This document shows positions 24,510-38,719 of a DNA stretch of 64,000 nucleotides, in pieces; position 1 is the stretch's first letter; each line of letters opens with the position of its first letter. A program made the translations under genes and the position numbers. Origin of the DNA: Octopus vulgaris (taxonomy: Eukaryota); NCBI GenBank assembly GCA_951406725.2, contig OX597835.1, positions 41,726,001-41,790,000 on the forward strand. Reading direction: 5' to 3'. Under the pieces are notes generated by a model. It did no database searches and had not been told where the DNA came from. It worked only from the letters and a program-made list of their open reading frames with translations.

Positions 24510-25030
24510 TATCATCATCATCGTTTAACATCCGCTTTCCATGCTAGCATGGGTTGGACGATTTGACTGAGAACTGGCGAACCAGATGGCTGCACCAGGC
24601 TCCAATCTGATCTGGCAGTTTCTACAGCTGGATGCCCTTCCTAATGCCAACCACTCCAAGAGTGTAGTGGGTGCTTTTAAAGTGTCACCGGCACAAGGGC
24701 CAGTCTGGCAGTACTGGCAACAGCCACGATCAAAAATGGTGTTTTTTTACATGCCACCTGCACAGGAGTCAGTCCAGCAGCACTGGCAACGACCTCGCTC
24801 GAATGTTTTGTTCACGTGCCACCAGCACAAGTGCCAGTGAGGCGACGCTGACAACAATCACGCTCAAATGGTGCTCTTTATGTGCCAGACAGCTTCTCTG
24901 GCAGTGATCCCGCTTGGATGGAGCTGTTAGCGCTCCACTTGCACAGGTGCCAGTCATCAAATTTGGTTCAATTTCAGTTGCCCCAACAGGTCTTCGCAAG
25001 CAGAGTTTAGTGTCTAGTGAAGGGAGGTTG
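24510..25030 (-). mobile_element. RTE-3'-UTR-derived repeat with (GAT)n tail; further copies at ~25686-26035(+), 27480-27797(+), 29940-30170(+), 48800-48987(+), 54606-54965(-), 55521-55948(+)
   Basis: Shared ctggatgcccttcctaa(c/t)gccaaccact motif, tandem ggcacgtaaaaagcacc units and GAT tails. Confidence 0.8.
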
Positions 25031-26035
25031 GCATGGGTGTCTTTTTACAAATTCGTAAGTGGGGGCAGCACCTCACTGTCTACTTTTACTTTCCTTTCCA
25101 AGTGGACCTTAAAAGTTGAGGATTTTGACAAAAGGAAAATCTGTCTTCAATCATGTCTACTACCCTTCCCCTGTCTGGTGGCAAAAGCAAGAGAAGGTCA
25201 ACTCTCTCCACTCTATGAAGTTTTGTCTTTGGGGCTGCAACTCCTCTCCCTCTTGTGGAGGCCAGAAAAGTGGCTTACTGCAACACATAAGTTTCTTGTC
25301 CCTCTGCTCTCACCCACAACATGCACATCAACTACACTGGGTGAATGGATTAGACCTGGGATCTTTCTCACCTCCTCTGATCTCCATGGTGCTGTTGGAC
25401 CATCCCTTCCACTCAGTTTTGTTTCTTTTACTGTATTCTTTCCATGTAACCCTTTAGCCTTCAGATTACTGTCTAATGTAAGACTTTTTTCATTGTTTTG
25501 TATTCATTGTTCATTATTTTGCAGCTTTGAGATTACAATGCAGTTGTTTTTAAAATGACATTGTAGGTTAGGCGTGAGAGGCCAAATATAGCCAGTTTGA
25601 AGATTTAAGTATATTTAGGCTGGATTTGATTAGTTTAAATGCTAAATGGTTCAAGTGCTCATAATTTAATTGTATTATTAGATTTGAAAATCAAAATCGA
25701 TCAACATCAATAGAAATTTTAGCTGTGATACCAGTGCCAGTGGCATGTAAGAGAATCATCCAAACGTGGCCGTTGCCAGCTCTGCCCCGACTGGCCTTCG
25801 TGCTGGTGGCACGTAAAAAGCACCATCTGATCGTGTCCGTTTGCCAGCCTCGTCTGGCACGTAAAGAGCACCCACTACACTCACGGAGTGGTTGGCGTTA
25901 GGAAGGACATCCAGCCGCAGAAACATTGCCAGATCAGACTGGGCTTGGTGCAGCCTTCTGGCTTCCCAGACCCCAGTTGAACCGTCCAACTCATGCTAGC
26001 ATGGAAAGCGGACGCTAAACGATGATGATGATGAA

Positions 26036-26493
26036 TGGAATGGAAGGTTTATCTCCTCCCATTATAATTATTTTTGTAGTTTCAAGGATCTGAGACACTA
26101 AGTTCACAAGCAGAGTACAATTCAATAGCTGGTTATTTACAGAGTTCTCGTTCGTGTGGTTCGCTCTTAGTGACCATCTTCATAGCAGCGCATGGTTTGT
26201 CTTAACTCTGTACACGTGAGGTTCATTACCTCTGGAGATAAGCATGTGGAGGCAGAGCGGGACAAGAGTCTGCTGTGAGCTGCTGGCTTTGCAGTGTTTC
26301 TTGGTGTTGAGTGTGAGAAGAGTGAGACAGAGAATGTTGTTCTCTTGTTTAAATACTGGGTGCCTGCGAGGGTATCGTCGTCGTCTCACACATGGCAAAT
26401 GGTTGCAGGCGAGATCTTGTTCTTGTCTGGCATATGGCAATGGCTACCGGCAAGATCTCATTCAAAAAGGGACTGATTTCTTGACTCACTACA
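26036..26493. mobile_element. Solo LTR, paralog of 19597-20074
   Basis: Begins aatggaagg...ctcccattata...tgtagtt and ends ggcaatggct...agatctcat...cactaca, colinear with 19597-20074. Confidence 0.7.
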
Positions 26494-26940
26494 GATTTGT
26501 CATTTTTTTGTTGACATCTTTTGGGTATTTATTTTGAAGGAAAACATAAAAACTGAAGTTGAAATATAGTGCTGCATATTTCACACAATCTTTTACGTGT
26601 TTAATAAAATTTTAACAATCTGAGAATGAAAATGGAAAATAATTTTTAAAACGGCACATTTACATAACAGACAACCATAATGTAAAATAACTTAGACTTC
26701 ATGTTCGTTCCAGTGGAGATGTTAATTATCTTATCAAACAATAGAATTGGTATTTTCTGCAGGTAATGTTACCTCAAACTTGTGATATCTCAATGGAAAA
26801 TAGTTTCAAATATGACATACTTCAACAAAAGAAAAATTGGTACATAGAACTATTTTCATCAGTTAAAGGCAATATAATTCTGAGAGGATATCTGATTTCC
26901 ATAGAGAAAGGGTTAAGCAAATGGCATTAACATCAATGTT

Positions 26941-27159
26941 AAAAGGTGACGAGCAGGCAGGGCGAAATGCGTAGCCATATTTTGTCCGCCGCTACGTTCT
27001 GAGTTCAAATTCCGCCGGGGTCGACTTTGCCTTTCATCCTTTCGGGGTCGATTAAATAAGTACCAGTTACGCACTGGGGTCGTTATAATCGACTTAATCT
27101 GTTTGTCTGTCCTTGTTTATCCTCTCTGCGTTTAGCCCCGTGTGGGTAGTAAACAAATA
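26941..27159 (+). mobile_element. Nin-like tRNA SINE with TSD; further copies at ~30728-30955(+), 41306-41541(+), 47835-48063(-)
   Basis: Same body as 10588-10816; TSD ggcattaacatcaatgtt here, gtaatgaagaaaa and ggtattttatttcat at the other plus-strand copies. Confidence 0.85.
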
Positions 27160-28041
27160 GGCATTAACATCAATGTTTTCAATTGAAGTAGAAGGATAAT
27201 AATTATGAAAGAGGAAGGAGTTAATTGATACAACCAGCCCTGTTATTTGACTGCCTTTCATCCCTTTAGGGTCAAGAAAACAAAGTTGATCTTGGCAGAA
27301 TTTGAACTTGGAACCTAAAGGGCAAGATGAAACACTACTTGGTATTTTCTCCATGACTCGACTTGTACCACTTTCCTCTACATTAATATTAATAATGTAA
27401 GAAAAACTTAGCAACTGATTAAAAAAAATTCCAGGCATTTTGCTATATTTTTAACACAAATATTAATACAATGTATAATGGCATGTCCCGTGCCGGTGGC
27501 ACGTAAAAAGCACCATCCGATTGTGGCCATTGCCAGCCTCGCCTGGCCCCCGTGCCGGTGGCACGTAAAAAGCACCATCCGTCCATGGCCGCTTGCCAGC
27601 TCCGTCTGGCACCTGTGCGGGTGGCACGTAAAAAGCACCCACTACACTCACGGAGTGGTTGGCGTTAGGAAGGGCATCCAGCCGTAGAAACACTGCCAGA
27701 TCAGACTGGAACCTGGTGCAGCCTTCTGGCTTCACAGACCCCAGTTGAACCGTCCAACCCATGCCAGCATGGAAAGCGGACGTTAAATGATGATGATATT
27801 ATTAAGGTGGTGCTCTGACAGACTGCAGCCAACACTGAGTGAAGCTGGCTTCTGATAGCATAAATGACTCCTGCTACCTTTGGGCATGTCTTTTGTATTA
27901 CATACATAAGGCCTGTCATTCTGCTTATTGAGGGAAATTCAAATTACTCACAGAAAATAGTAGATCTTCCAGTAATTACAGTTGTTTATCAGTAGTCCTG
28001 CTGGGTTGTATTTATTTTTGTTTTTCTGTGTCTTTGGCCGC

Positions 28042-28162
28042 AGTCTATATCTAATTGGTCTTTGGTCTTAGTCTATATCTAATTGGTCTTTGGTCTTAGT
28101 CTATATCTAATTGGTCTTTGGTCTTAGTCTATATCTAATTGGTCTTTGGTCTTAGTCTATAT
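28042..28162. repeat. 28 bp minisatellite, ~4.3 perfect copies
   Basis: Unit agtctatatctaattggtctttggtctt starts at 28042, 28070, 28098, 28126 and (partial) 28154. Confidence 0.95.
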
Positions 28163-28229
28163 GAATAATTATTATCGTTATAGTATTATATCTTTCATAA
28201 TACGTGTTCACGATACAAAAACGTAGCTT

Positions 28230-29160
28230 TCACTGGAATTAAGGCTTTGTTGTTTTTGAGAAGGAAGAATTTTCAGTTGAGTTTTCAGTTGAAAATTGTA
28301 AAGTTGGGTTCATGTGTATTCTGTTCCAACAGCTACTTACTGGTCAGAGCGAGCTGAAACACGTCTTGTTAGTTGGGAAGTCTCTCTCTGTCTATACCTT
28401 GGGAAGCTGATCTGTTCCTTATGCAGTGTAGTTCTGCCTGAATGATCTCCTTGTCTGGCCTATATGGTTGTCCTTATCCTGAACAATTTATCACATAATT
28501 TAAATTTCTAGATGCACGAGTGAAATTGGCATCAATTGTGAATCTGTTTTTGAAGTGGTGTTCCAAAGCTTCCAGTAGGTTGAGGTATGTTTCACAATTT
28601 GGACATCTGCAGTTTTTAACTATTGGTTTTGTTGTTGGCTATAAGCTTTGCATTTGTCAGTCTTTTTAGTGATTTGGGTTGTTTTTTTTACATTGGATGA
28701 ATTTGTTTGTAGAATGTGGTTCATCTTTGGATCCCTAATGAGCATTGGGAGATTTTGAATAACGGTGTTGTATACCTCATTGTATCTAGGGTTGTGTGTC
28801 TATATAGGGTATTTTTAGATGAGGTGTAGAATTTTTTGTTTCCTCCTTAGTGTTTTGGTATTTTCTTGATTTGTTTAATCCCATCCTCTATAAAGGAAAG
28901 GATACAATAGTTTCCTGGTTTCACTAATTGTGACATGGAAATTGATGAAAATATTGCGGGAGTGGAGAGTCTCTTGGCTGTTGTTCTGGGGCCTTGAATT
29001 TGAAGGTTCTGAGTATTTGGATCAGACACTATTGTGCAAATCCTTTTCACTAAATTAAAAGGAATATTTCTTGGGTTTTGGTGGCATGAACTAAACATAA
29101 AATATTGCTTGGTCCATTGGTTTATAATAGTGGTTTTTATGTGGAATCGGTGACCTTCAT
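28230..29160 (-). mobile_element. Penelope-like element, RT C-terminus and GIY-YIG endonuclease (degenerate)
   Basis: TKQYFMFSSCH..PRNIPFNLVKRICTIVSD, THNPRY, and NLNYVINCSGxGQPYIGQT (GIY-YIG motif). Confidence 0.8.
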
Positions 29161-29169
29161 GGGCAAGCA

Positions 29170-29940
29170 TTACCAAGCTGGTTTTCGAATATCAATTCTG
29201 TTGTGGTGGTGGTGGTGGATGGGTCGTCTTAAGTACAGCCATGTACAATAAACCTCATTTGTCATTTCCTTTGTAAGGCAAGCATCTTGAGATAAGCCTT
29301 CAATATTTTGTCCCATGTCTTTCTGGATCTCCTTCCACATGTTCCATCCACTTAAAGTGGACAATTTTGTATCCATCTGTCTACATCCATGTGCATCACA
29401 TGACCAAACCAGTGCAGTCTTCTCTCTTGCACACTACATCTAATTCTTCTGATGCTTAACTTCTTTATCAATACACTAGCTTCCAATCTTAAATTCTCAT
29501 GAGCTTCCAGTTGTAAATACCTGTCATGGCATGGGGACAATCATGAATAAGGTGTCTGAGCCTTAGCGAACACTAAGTTTGTCACTGTAAGGTAGTTATG
29601 TTACAAACAGCACCCCTTCCATTCATCTACCCTTAGCTTTCTCGGGGTCTATCATATTACAGAGCAAGGTACTCTGTAGAAGGTTTTCTTTAGATCAACA
29701 AACACCAAGTACAACAGCTTATTCTTAGCTAAATACTTGCAGTTGTCTATGAAAATAGCATTAGTAGTAATTCTCCGTGGGACAAAACCAAACTACATTT
29801 CATCTAGTTTAATTCTGTTCCTAATTAATTGGGATACAATTCTCTGCAACTTTTATCACCTGGTCTAGTGATCTGATGCCTCTATAATTACTTCAATCTC
29901 AGGCATCGCCTTTACCCTTGTAGCAGCTGGCTATGATGCT
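29170..29940 (-). mobile_element. RTE LINE RT fragments
   Basis: Remnants NYRGIRSLDQVIKV, QFGFVPRRITT and IRCSVQERRLHWFGHVMHM. Confidence 0.75.
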
Positions 29941-31412
29941 GCATAAAAAAGCACTGGTGATGGTGTCGTGTAATAAAAAAAAAAGGCACTGGAACTATAT
30001 TAAAAGCACCCAGTACACTCTGTAAAGTGGTTGACATTAGAAAGGGCATCCAGCTGTAGAAACCAAGCTATAACATCCTGTTGAACCTTGTGTGGCACCT
30101 GGCTGTGCCACCTCTTGCCAAACTGTCCAACCCATGTCAGTATGGAAAACATTAAATTATAATATAATGATCCAGTTTATATTCCTTGGGTATGCTCTGT
30201 CACTACCATCTTTATCTCCCTTCCAGCTACCCCCAACCACTCCTACATAGTGTAGGGTAGCTCCATAACTTCTCTATAACAAGAACCCTTTGCATCTCCC
30301 TACATTTTATTTTACCTTTCACCACCTCACGTAAAGCTGTCTCTCCCTCTCTCAACTAGGCTCCACAATATATACTGTAAAATGGTTGGCATTATTAGGG
30401 AGGGCATCCAACCATAGAAGCTTTGCCAAAGCAAACATTGGGGCCTGGCACAGCTTTGCAGCTCATCAGACTGTCGAACCCATGCTGGCACAGAAAATGG
30501 ATGTTAAATGATATATGTGTAACCTTTTTTTTTTATTTTTAGGGTACAAATCCCAATAACTGTGACAGTTTTAGCTTTAAAATTTAAGTGCTGAAATTAC
30601 TAATCAATTTTGGGTGATCTGTTCCTTTTATTTCTGTGAAGAAACTATTTTCTAAAGAGTAATTTTATTAGTAAAAATCATGAAGTACAATTTTAGATTT
30701 CAAACAGTTATTTTGTAATGAAGAAAAGGTGGTGAGCTGGCAGAAACGTTAGCACGCCGGGCGAAATGCGTAGCCGTATTTCGTCTGCCATTACGTTCTG
30801 AGTTCAAATTCTGCTGAGGTTGACTTTGTCTTTCATCCTTTCGGAGTCGATAAATTAAGTACCAGTTACGCACTGGGGTCGATATAATCGACTTAATCCA
30901 TTTGTCCTTGTTTGTCCCTTCTGTGTTTAGCCCCTTGTGGGTAGTAAAGAAATAAGTAATGAAGAAAATTCTCCTCTGTATTGTAGAGAAGACTGTTTAT
31001 ATTTTACATAAACTGATTTTAACTTGAGAGGATTAATTATGGCCAATTTATTCAGTCTCTGTATTGTAAAAGATAAAATGCAGACTACATACTGTTATCC
31101 CACGCAGCAGAAGGCGTCCCTGACTTTCACCACCACCAATTGTGCTCTGTTTCCAGCACTTTGCTATTTTGTTGTAATGTTTTCTGTTGAGATATTTTAA
31201 ATCTATACTCATTTATTTAAATATATCAATTTTAGAACTTTGTTCTTATCCAATAAACCCCATTTTTCTTTTTTGTGATAAATGTTGGTAGTTACATTGC
31301 AAAATAAAAATAAATTTGCAATTACCAATATATTTATTAGTTTTGTGTAATATCCTCGTTAGCAAATTTGTTTCTACTGGTAGGTGGTTTTATAGTAACG
31401 AGAAACCAGTTA

Positions 31413-32130
31413 AGTAGGAGCATTCAAAAAAGTATCCAAATTTTTTTTTCTCACCAAAACTAACACTGCTTGGCAAAATTCTTTGGGTGGAAGGTGACTC
31501 CACCCTTCCTGCAGATGTGCAAAAACTTCTGCACCAGTAGGCAGCATCAGTTCCTGGCTGTTAGACCTTTGAGTATGGAATGTAGTACATGCTTGTCGGA
31601 TTCTTGTTTGCATGTAACATGACCCAATGCATCGAGCAGACATTGCACCAACTCTTGCCAAAAGCCTGATGATACTGAAGCTCAAACCATCCAAAAGATT
31701 CAGCTGGCCTTTGGTGATGATGCCATGGGAAAAATTCAAATCAAGGGGTGGTGCAACAGTTTCAAACCTGGCCACATCTGAGTGGAGCACAAGGCAAGCT
31801 TGGGCAGACCATGCACAAGCTGAAACAGAGCCAGTTGAGAAAGTCCAGCAATTATGTAAGTCTGTCGTGTAACAATTATTCAGGAAATTTCTAAGTGGGA
31901 ATAAGTACAGGATCAGTGCATTCCATTTTAATGGGTTTGTGCATGTGGAGAGTGTTGGTGAAAAGAAATAGTCAGTTTTTGAACTTTGTAATTCAGGCTT
32001 TCCTGGTCAAGAACAACACGCCATTTGTTCGACAGACTCTCCTGCCAGAAATCAGTGTGACTTCTGGTTCTTTCCCAAACTGAAAACCATACTGAAAGGG
32101 AAACAAGTTGAGTCATAAGAGGAAATTATG
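31413..32130 (+). mobile_element. Mariner-family DNA transposon relic (transposase N-terminus and pieces)
   Basis: TIR-like ggagcattcaaaaaagtatcc; translation CQKPDDTEAQTIQKIQLAFGDDAMGKIQIKGWCNSFK, and DFWFFPKLKTILKG near 32060. Confidence 0.8.
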
Positions 32131-34454
32131 AGAAAAGCAAAGCAACAATGGACTACTTTGGATTTCCAGAGCTTCAGTGGTTAACAAATGCTCAATCCAA
32201 AACATTGAGGGTTCAAATCCATACAACAGTTTGACCTTAACATTTATATTGCAAGTTATTTTGTAAGAATTTTTTTTACATTTTATTTGAAGGTGAATTT
32301 CATAATATAATGAATATAAAACTGATTAAATGAATCTCCAACTTTTATGTAATTTTGTATAAAAATAAACACTTTTTCAAACACTGAGTTTAAATTTTCC
32401 ATCTAATATTATAGTTATTGATGGTCATTCTGTTAACCCTCTAAATACTAAACCCTCTTGAGACTACCTTTGTGCTCAAATTGAAATTAATATCTTTCAC
32501 AAGCATTATAACAAAAGGCATTGAGATTTTGCCACTGTGGTACCGTGTACAGGTGTCTTCTGCTGTATAAGACTGGACTGACCAGTGCCTTGTAAGTGAA
32601 AATGGTACAGAAGCTTGTGTGTGTCTGTAAATATACCATTTATTTTTAATGGTTGAATGTGAAGTAAAGCTAACAATAACAGCATTGGGTTAACGCACCT
32701 GGAATACAAAGTCAAAAACCTATTTCTACTCACTTTGACACCTCATCATCACTTATCTATTTTCATTCCCACCCTTTCTTTTATAACTTTTATGAGTAGT
32801 CATACAGCTCCTTTGCAGCAAGAAACCTGTTCTGTCCTTGTTCCTCTTAACCTCATCTCATAGCATGGCCACTTCTCCCAACTCCATTCAGTTGAGGGGT
32901 TCTTAGTCTTGTGGGTTTCACCTTGCCAGTGCTGGCCCCACGAAAGAAAAATAGCACTCAATACAGGCAGTAAAGTTATCATTGATAAGTGCATCAAATC
33001 GTAGTAAAAACCATGCCAAAACCGATATTGGAACACAGTACAATATTTGAACCCATCAGATACTCTGTGTGTGATTGATTGAGGGATTATTTCTATTTGC
33101 TGATTGTCAACGAAAAACTTGCTGTTCAAACATTTGTTTGCAATCCTCTGCAAAAAGCCTGTCTCAGTTTCTTGTGATTGACATTACTTGGAAATAGTTG
33201 AGGGTTGGTGTCAGGAAAAGCATCCAGCCATAAAAAAAATTCTTCATTGAAGTGTTTGATTCATGCATGGGTATCTAAATACAATGATGATTCTCTCATT
33301 ACAAATATAACTTCAACTACAAAATCTGTTCTGCATCTGTCTTGAACCACAGAAGCTTTTTATTTACACTTTTTAAGAAAAATAAATTTATCAAAATAAA
33401 AATTTTGAATATATATCATAATTTAAAATTTAGTCAAATTCATTAAAAAATATTGCCAGATGAATTAGAAAAGCGAAGATTAAAGGGTTTTTGGTAGAGA
33501 ACTACAATAAAATATCTTTGTATTTTAGTGTGGGGATGAAGATGAAAATTGGCAGATGACTCCATTTATTTGATATTTAGTGATTCTGAAGATATAATTT
33601 GGTAAATTTTCTTCAAATATTTCTTTTGATTGCCCCTTTCAAAGGCAATAATACATTATGGAGAGGATCTTAAAATCAATTACTATATTTTACTCATGTA
33701 TAATGCAAGGATTTTAAAATATTTTATGTCACAATTGGGGGGGGGTGGCGGACAGCATTGTATCCTCAAAATCAGAAAAGTGAACACAACAAACCTGTGA
33801 AAGTGGTAACACCTGACTGTGGCCATCTTGGATACATGGTAATTAATTCTTTTAGCATTTTGAAAGTGATTAATTTAGAGATTAAGTTTACATGACAGTT
33901 ACTGATGATTTGTTAAATGAAGAAAAATGTGGTGGAAAGATATCATGTTGCCTTAAAAAATAAATAACTATGGCTGCTACTTAGGGGTTGGCATTATGTA
34001 AGACCAAATGTTACCAATTTTTTTATTTTTTTTATTTTTTACCCCAAAAACATGGGTGTCAAGCACAATTTGAAGCTGAATTTGTACTCTAGTTGATATG
34101 GCAGTAGCAACATTTTTGTGTGCAGGATTCTGTTTAATTTAGTCTCCGACTCTCGGAGTAGTTTTATACCATTTGGAAAAGGAATTGTAAATTTTTTTCT
34201 TTTTTTTTTTTTGGTATTTTTAGGAACATTGTATAAAAGATTTTTAAAAAAGCACCGAAATGTCTTGAGATACTTTCTGCCAGGCTCATTTCGAAAGTAT
34301 CTGTATAACTGTTAAAATACAAAAGAATGAACAAATTGCCTAAATCCAGAATTTTCTTTTAGCAGATTTTTCTACCATTTACTACTCCTTCATGTTTAGT
34401 ACAAGTCTTTGATTATTCTTCAGTTATCTTGTTTTAATTATCAGAGAACCTGGT

Positions 34455-34620
34455 TCAAATGGAGACGGTAACAGACTGGTTATTAATTGTGGACACACTA
34501 GCACCGACATTCTGCGTACTCGTTGAAGCAATTGCTGGTGGCGGTATGTGTTTACCAATTATGTTGACAGATGAAAGTCTCCCTCGTTTGTACATACTAA
34601 CAGCATTCACTGCAAGAATC
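34455..34620 (-). CDS. Membrane RING-CH E3 ligase gene, terminal coding exon (KILAVNAV...VTVSI*)
   Basis: Acceptor ttttaatttcag at 34621; phase 2 matches the previous exon; TGA at 34455-34457. Confidence 0.85.
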
Positions 34621-37107
34621 CTGAAATTAAAAAAAAAAAAGTAAGGCAGATAATTACAACTGAAATTTTAGATGTAATTCATCCAATTCTTCCATCACCT
34701 TAAACGATACTAAGCCCAACCACACACGTGCTATCATTACACACACACACAGACCTGCACACACGCACATATCGACACTTACACACACATACCTCCTCTT
34801 GCACTCTCCTGTCTTTGAAAGAACTTTTTCTTCACCCATTCCCTTCTGGTCATTCAAAATGTGACCGCGTGTGTACCATTGGCAATTTTTTTTTTTCTTC
34901 TCTTTTTTTTCCTCTGTCTCCCCTTCTTTGGATCTTCTTTTTCCTATGTTTGACAAAGAGCTCCGCTCAAAACGTTAAACCCTCCTTCTTTCCCGAGCGT
35001 CCAATAATACTATGATTGTTCCACGTCCTCGCGTTGTTGTCTTCATGTTTGGATTAACCTTATATTAGTTCTTTACTTGTTACAAGTCTAAAGTTTACGG
35101 ACATAGATCCTTCCTGAGTCAGACTCAAAGGGCCATGTTTCCTCCTGGAAGGAATGCCAGTCTGTCACAGAATTACTCATTTTTGCCACCTGAGTGGACT
35201 GGAGCAATGTGAAATCAATTGTTTTGCTTAAGAACACAATGCATCTCCTGTTTGAGGAATTGAAACCACAATCTTATGACCATGAGTCTAACAGCCTAAC
35301 TACAAAGCCACATGCCTTCACTTAAAAATAGTGCATCATAAGATGTTGGGATATAGTGAGGAGGAAGCAGGAGTCCTAATTGTTTGGATTTTGAGATTGC
35401 TGACCTTAATTTTTCACCTAATAAAAATATAATCTTCAGCAACAGAAGGTTTCGAAACAAACAGGTACAAATCCTTGTAAGGTTCCCAACAGATGTGTAC
35501 CTAATGCTAGTGTCTGTATCTACAGCAGGTTGAATCTTATTTTCAGTAATACAAAAAAGACCACTTCCAAAAAGATTCTAATGATTCTGCCATTTTATCA
35601 CCATTTTCAAAGAGAGGATAATTACATGACAATAGCATACTACTGTACATTTAATGACCATGAAACATTCTTCTTCAAAAACAAATTGGATGCAATTGGA
35701 CATACCAAGACTGAGCCTAGATTTTGGTTATGACAAATTCTTGACTAACATTAGAGCTGGCAGAACTGTTAGCATGCTGGGAAAATGTATTTTCTGTCTT
35801 TATGTAATGAATTCAAATTCCACGAAAGTTGACTTTGCCTTTCAGGATTGATAAAATAAGTACCAGTCAAACATTGGAATTGCTTTAAAATATTGTAGCT
35901 AAGGATAAAATTTCAAATAAAATATTTAGATTTAGAAAATATTAGCTTTTATTAAAACTAAAAATTTTATTACAAGTTATTACTTCTATTAAAAAAAAAC
36001 TCATTTTTTGCATTTTAAAAGAAATTGATTTTCTTTAATTATTAATTAGAAATTTGAAAATAAAAAAAAATGCACCCTTTTAAAGCCTAGCCAGGCTCGT
36101 GTTCCCCCAGCTGGACAGGATGCCAATCCATCGCAACGTTACTCATTTTTGCCATCTGAGTGGACTGGAGCAACATGAAATAAAGTATTTTGCTCAAGAA
36201 CACGTGTCGCCCGGTCCAGGAATTGAAACCACAATCTTACAATCATGATGCTGACACCCTAACCACACTAAGCTATGCGCCTCCACAGAAATTTGAAAAT
36301 AGGTTATAAAAAATAAATAGTACATAATTAGTTACTGCAATAAATAGAATACAAAAATTACTTATAGGTAGATTTTACTGTAATATATAACAAATTCACA
36401 GTAAAATTTGCTTGAGTTACTGCCTGAGTTATTGCCAAATCTTCACATTTTTAGTCTTGAATAATGCCTATTTTTTACATAGTGAATTTGCCTACCAATA
36501 TATACTATTCTACTTTGCATAAAACTTAGCTATATTGGTACTTCTGGCTCTCATTTTTTAAGTATTCTAGTGTGTCAGTATTTTAACAAAATGATGGTAC
36601 CTTTTTTAATTACGTTACTTTGTAAATTAAAATCAATTTTTAATATTCAAATTTTATCCTTAGCTGCAATATTTGAAATAAACATTTTCTTATCCTGTAC
36701 TTTTCTAGGTTTATAATCTTAAGAATCTTTCTCTTGCTCACATTTTTCCATGTAATCCATGTTTTTTCCAGGTTATGTTATTATGCTAATTAATAATGTA
36801 TCAATTAGCGGTGTTGTTGATAAATCTTTCCTTATCTCAATGATACTGATGACCTTAAGTCCCCTTACAGAACTATATTCATGAAAAAGTATAGAACTTT
36901 ATTATCACCCTCAAATTTGAGAAACAAACACTTTTGTTTTAAAACTTCATTGCGTGAGATTGATCCCATGAAATTCCTTGACTTGAGCCCTATAATTAGA
37001 ATGTAAGTGACCAACACTGTAATTGATATATAACATTAAAGTGTTACCATGGTAACTCTGGCTATAACCCCGTGAGTAAAACCAGTAAAAGAATAGAGAT
37101 TACTTAC

Positions 37108-37301
37108 TTCATGCTAATTATTTCAAATATAGCTGTGAATCCAATAACTAATGCTTGTACGTAAGTTGGCAGAATCTTGCGAGAGATTGCGTACGTTCCA
37201 AATGGACAAGCCACCATTGCAGTCAAAACAAAGGACACTTGAATCCAATGTTTTATTTTTGTACCTTTTGGCAACCAATAATGACTCTCTTGAAGGGAAT
37301 A
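37108..37301 (-). CDS. Membrane RING-CH E3 ligase gene, exon encoding two TM helices (YSLQESHYW...FEIISM)
   Basis: tttgcag acceptor, gtaagt donor, 194 nt, phase 0 to 2; two hydrophobic stretches. Confidence 0.9.
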
Positions 37302-38512
37302 CTGCAAAATAAATAGCATTATTTCATTAAATTTTCTTTCAACGACCAAGTTTTATTTTCATAAATAAAAACATTCCACGTCTTTTTAAATTGTTCTTGT
37401 TTTTTCCTTTCTTACAGACAGAATTCTTTTCTCTCGTATGTATTACTTTCTCTCGCTCTTATCTCTTCCTCCTTTCTTCCACAATAATCTTCTCAGACTT
37501 ATCTGTTTCACACATACATTGTCTTCTCTCTCTCTCTCTCATCATCTTCCTTTCTTTCACAAAATGATTTTCTTATACTCATATCTCTTCCTCCTAAACA
37601 ATAAAGTCTGTCAATAGAATTTGGATTCATCTTTTGTTCAGACAGTTTCAGTTCTCTAAGGAACAACCAAACTTTAATCCTTTTGAGGGACAGTGTTTTG
37701 ACATGTTTAGCCAAAAAGGCCAAAATTGTTTTGTTTTTTTTATATTGAGATAACATCTGCTGAAAGATGATCTCTGATTAGCTATTACACTTCAGAACCA
37801 ACCATTCACAACATTTGTTCCATCGGGCTGATGGATCGCCCCCAAAGTCCTTTCAGCTTGTATTACTTGGGTTGATCAATTGGCTTAGGTGTTCCAAGAA
37901 GGTTAACCCTTTAGCCTTCCACCAGCATCGTTTGTCAAGCAATGTTGGGGGGGACAAACATATACACATATACGATGGGCTTCTTTCAGTTTCCGTCTAC
38001 CAAATCCACTCACAAGGCTTTGGTCAGCCCGAGGCTACAGTAGAAGACACTTGCCCAAGGTGCCATGCAGTGGTACTGAACCTGAAACCATGTGGTTGGT
38101 AAGCAAAAAAAAAACTCATTCTTTTATTGCTTTCAGTCATTGGAATGTGGCCATGCTGGAGCAATGTCTTCAACAGTTTAGTTGGTCATATTGATCCCAG
38201 TACTTACATATATCTAATTCTTATTTTATTGAATACTTTGTCAAACCATTAAGTTATAGTGGAAAATGTTAACAAGGAAACACATTTATTATAGGATTCA
38301 GTATAGTTTCTATCTGCCAAATTTAATTTGAAAGGCTTACTGACGCAAGGTTATGACTTTTTTCTGAGTAGGATCGAACCTGCAACCACAGAGTTGCAAA
38401 CTGAACTTAACCATTCAGTTATATCTACATCCATTTCATTTTACTTTATCATTTTGGATATTTGATAGAAAGGTTTTCAATGCAAGAAGGAAAGAAAAAA
38501 AAAAACGCTCAC

Positions 38513-38560
38513 CTTTTCCAAACAAACTCTGCAAGTGGCATTTGCTGCGGTTGATTCACT
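38513..38560 (-). CDS. Membrane RING-CH E3 ligase gene, 48 nt exon completing the RING (SESTAANATCRVCLEK)
   Basis: tttatcag acceptor, gtgagc donor, phase 0 to 0; supplies the last CxxC of C4HC3. Confidence 0.9.
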
Positions 38561-38719
38561 CTGATAAATAAAACAAACAAATATTTTATGTCCATCTTCA
38601 CAAAAAACAAGTTCCTAAAAACATATTGTTTGTCAAGCTTTCTTCCATTACTCTTCTAACTATGGTATTATTCATTCTGCTGCTTTGTTTGTTTGTTTGT
38701 TGAGTGAAGTGATCTTTGT

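Noticed and set aside
24914-25558. 214 aa plus-strand ORF
   Set aside because: Begins inside a repeat, shows no recognisable domain and no splice signals linking it to a gene.
27488-27640. Regularly spaced ggtggcacgtaaaaagcacc units that superficially resemble a CRISPR array
   Set aside because: Eukaryotic context, spacers are similar to each other, no cas genes; these are tandem units in a LINE 3' UTR.
24586-27919. Recurrent ORFs with LDALPNANHS and GAFYVPPA, also at 54713 and 55533
   Set aside because: Chance translations of the antisense strand of the RTE 3' UTR repeat; frames differ between copies.
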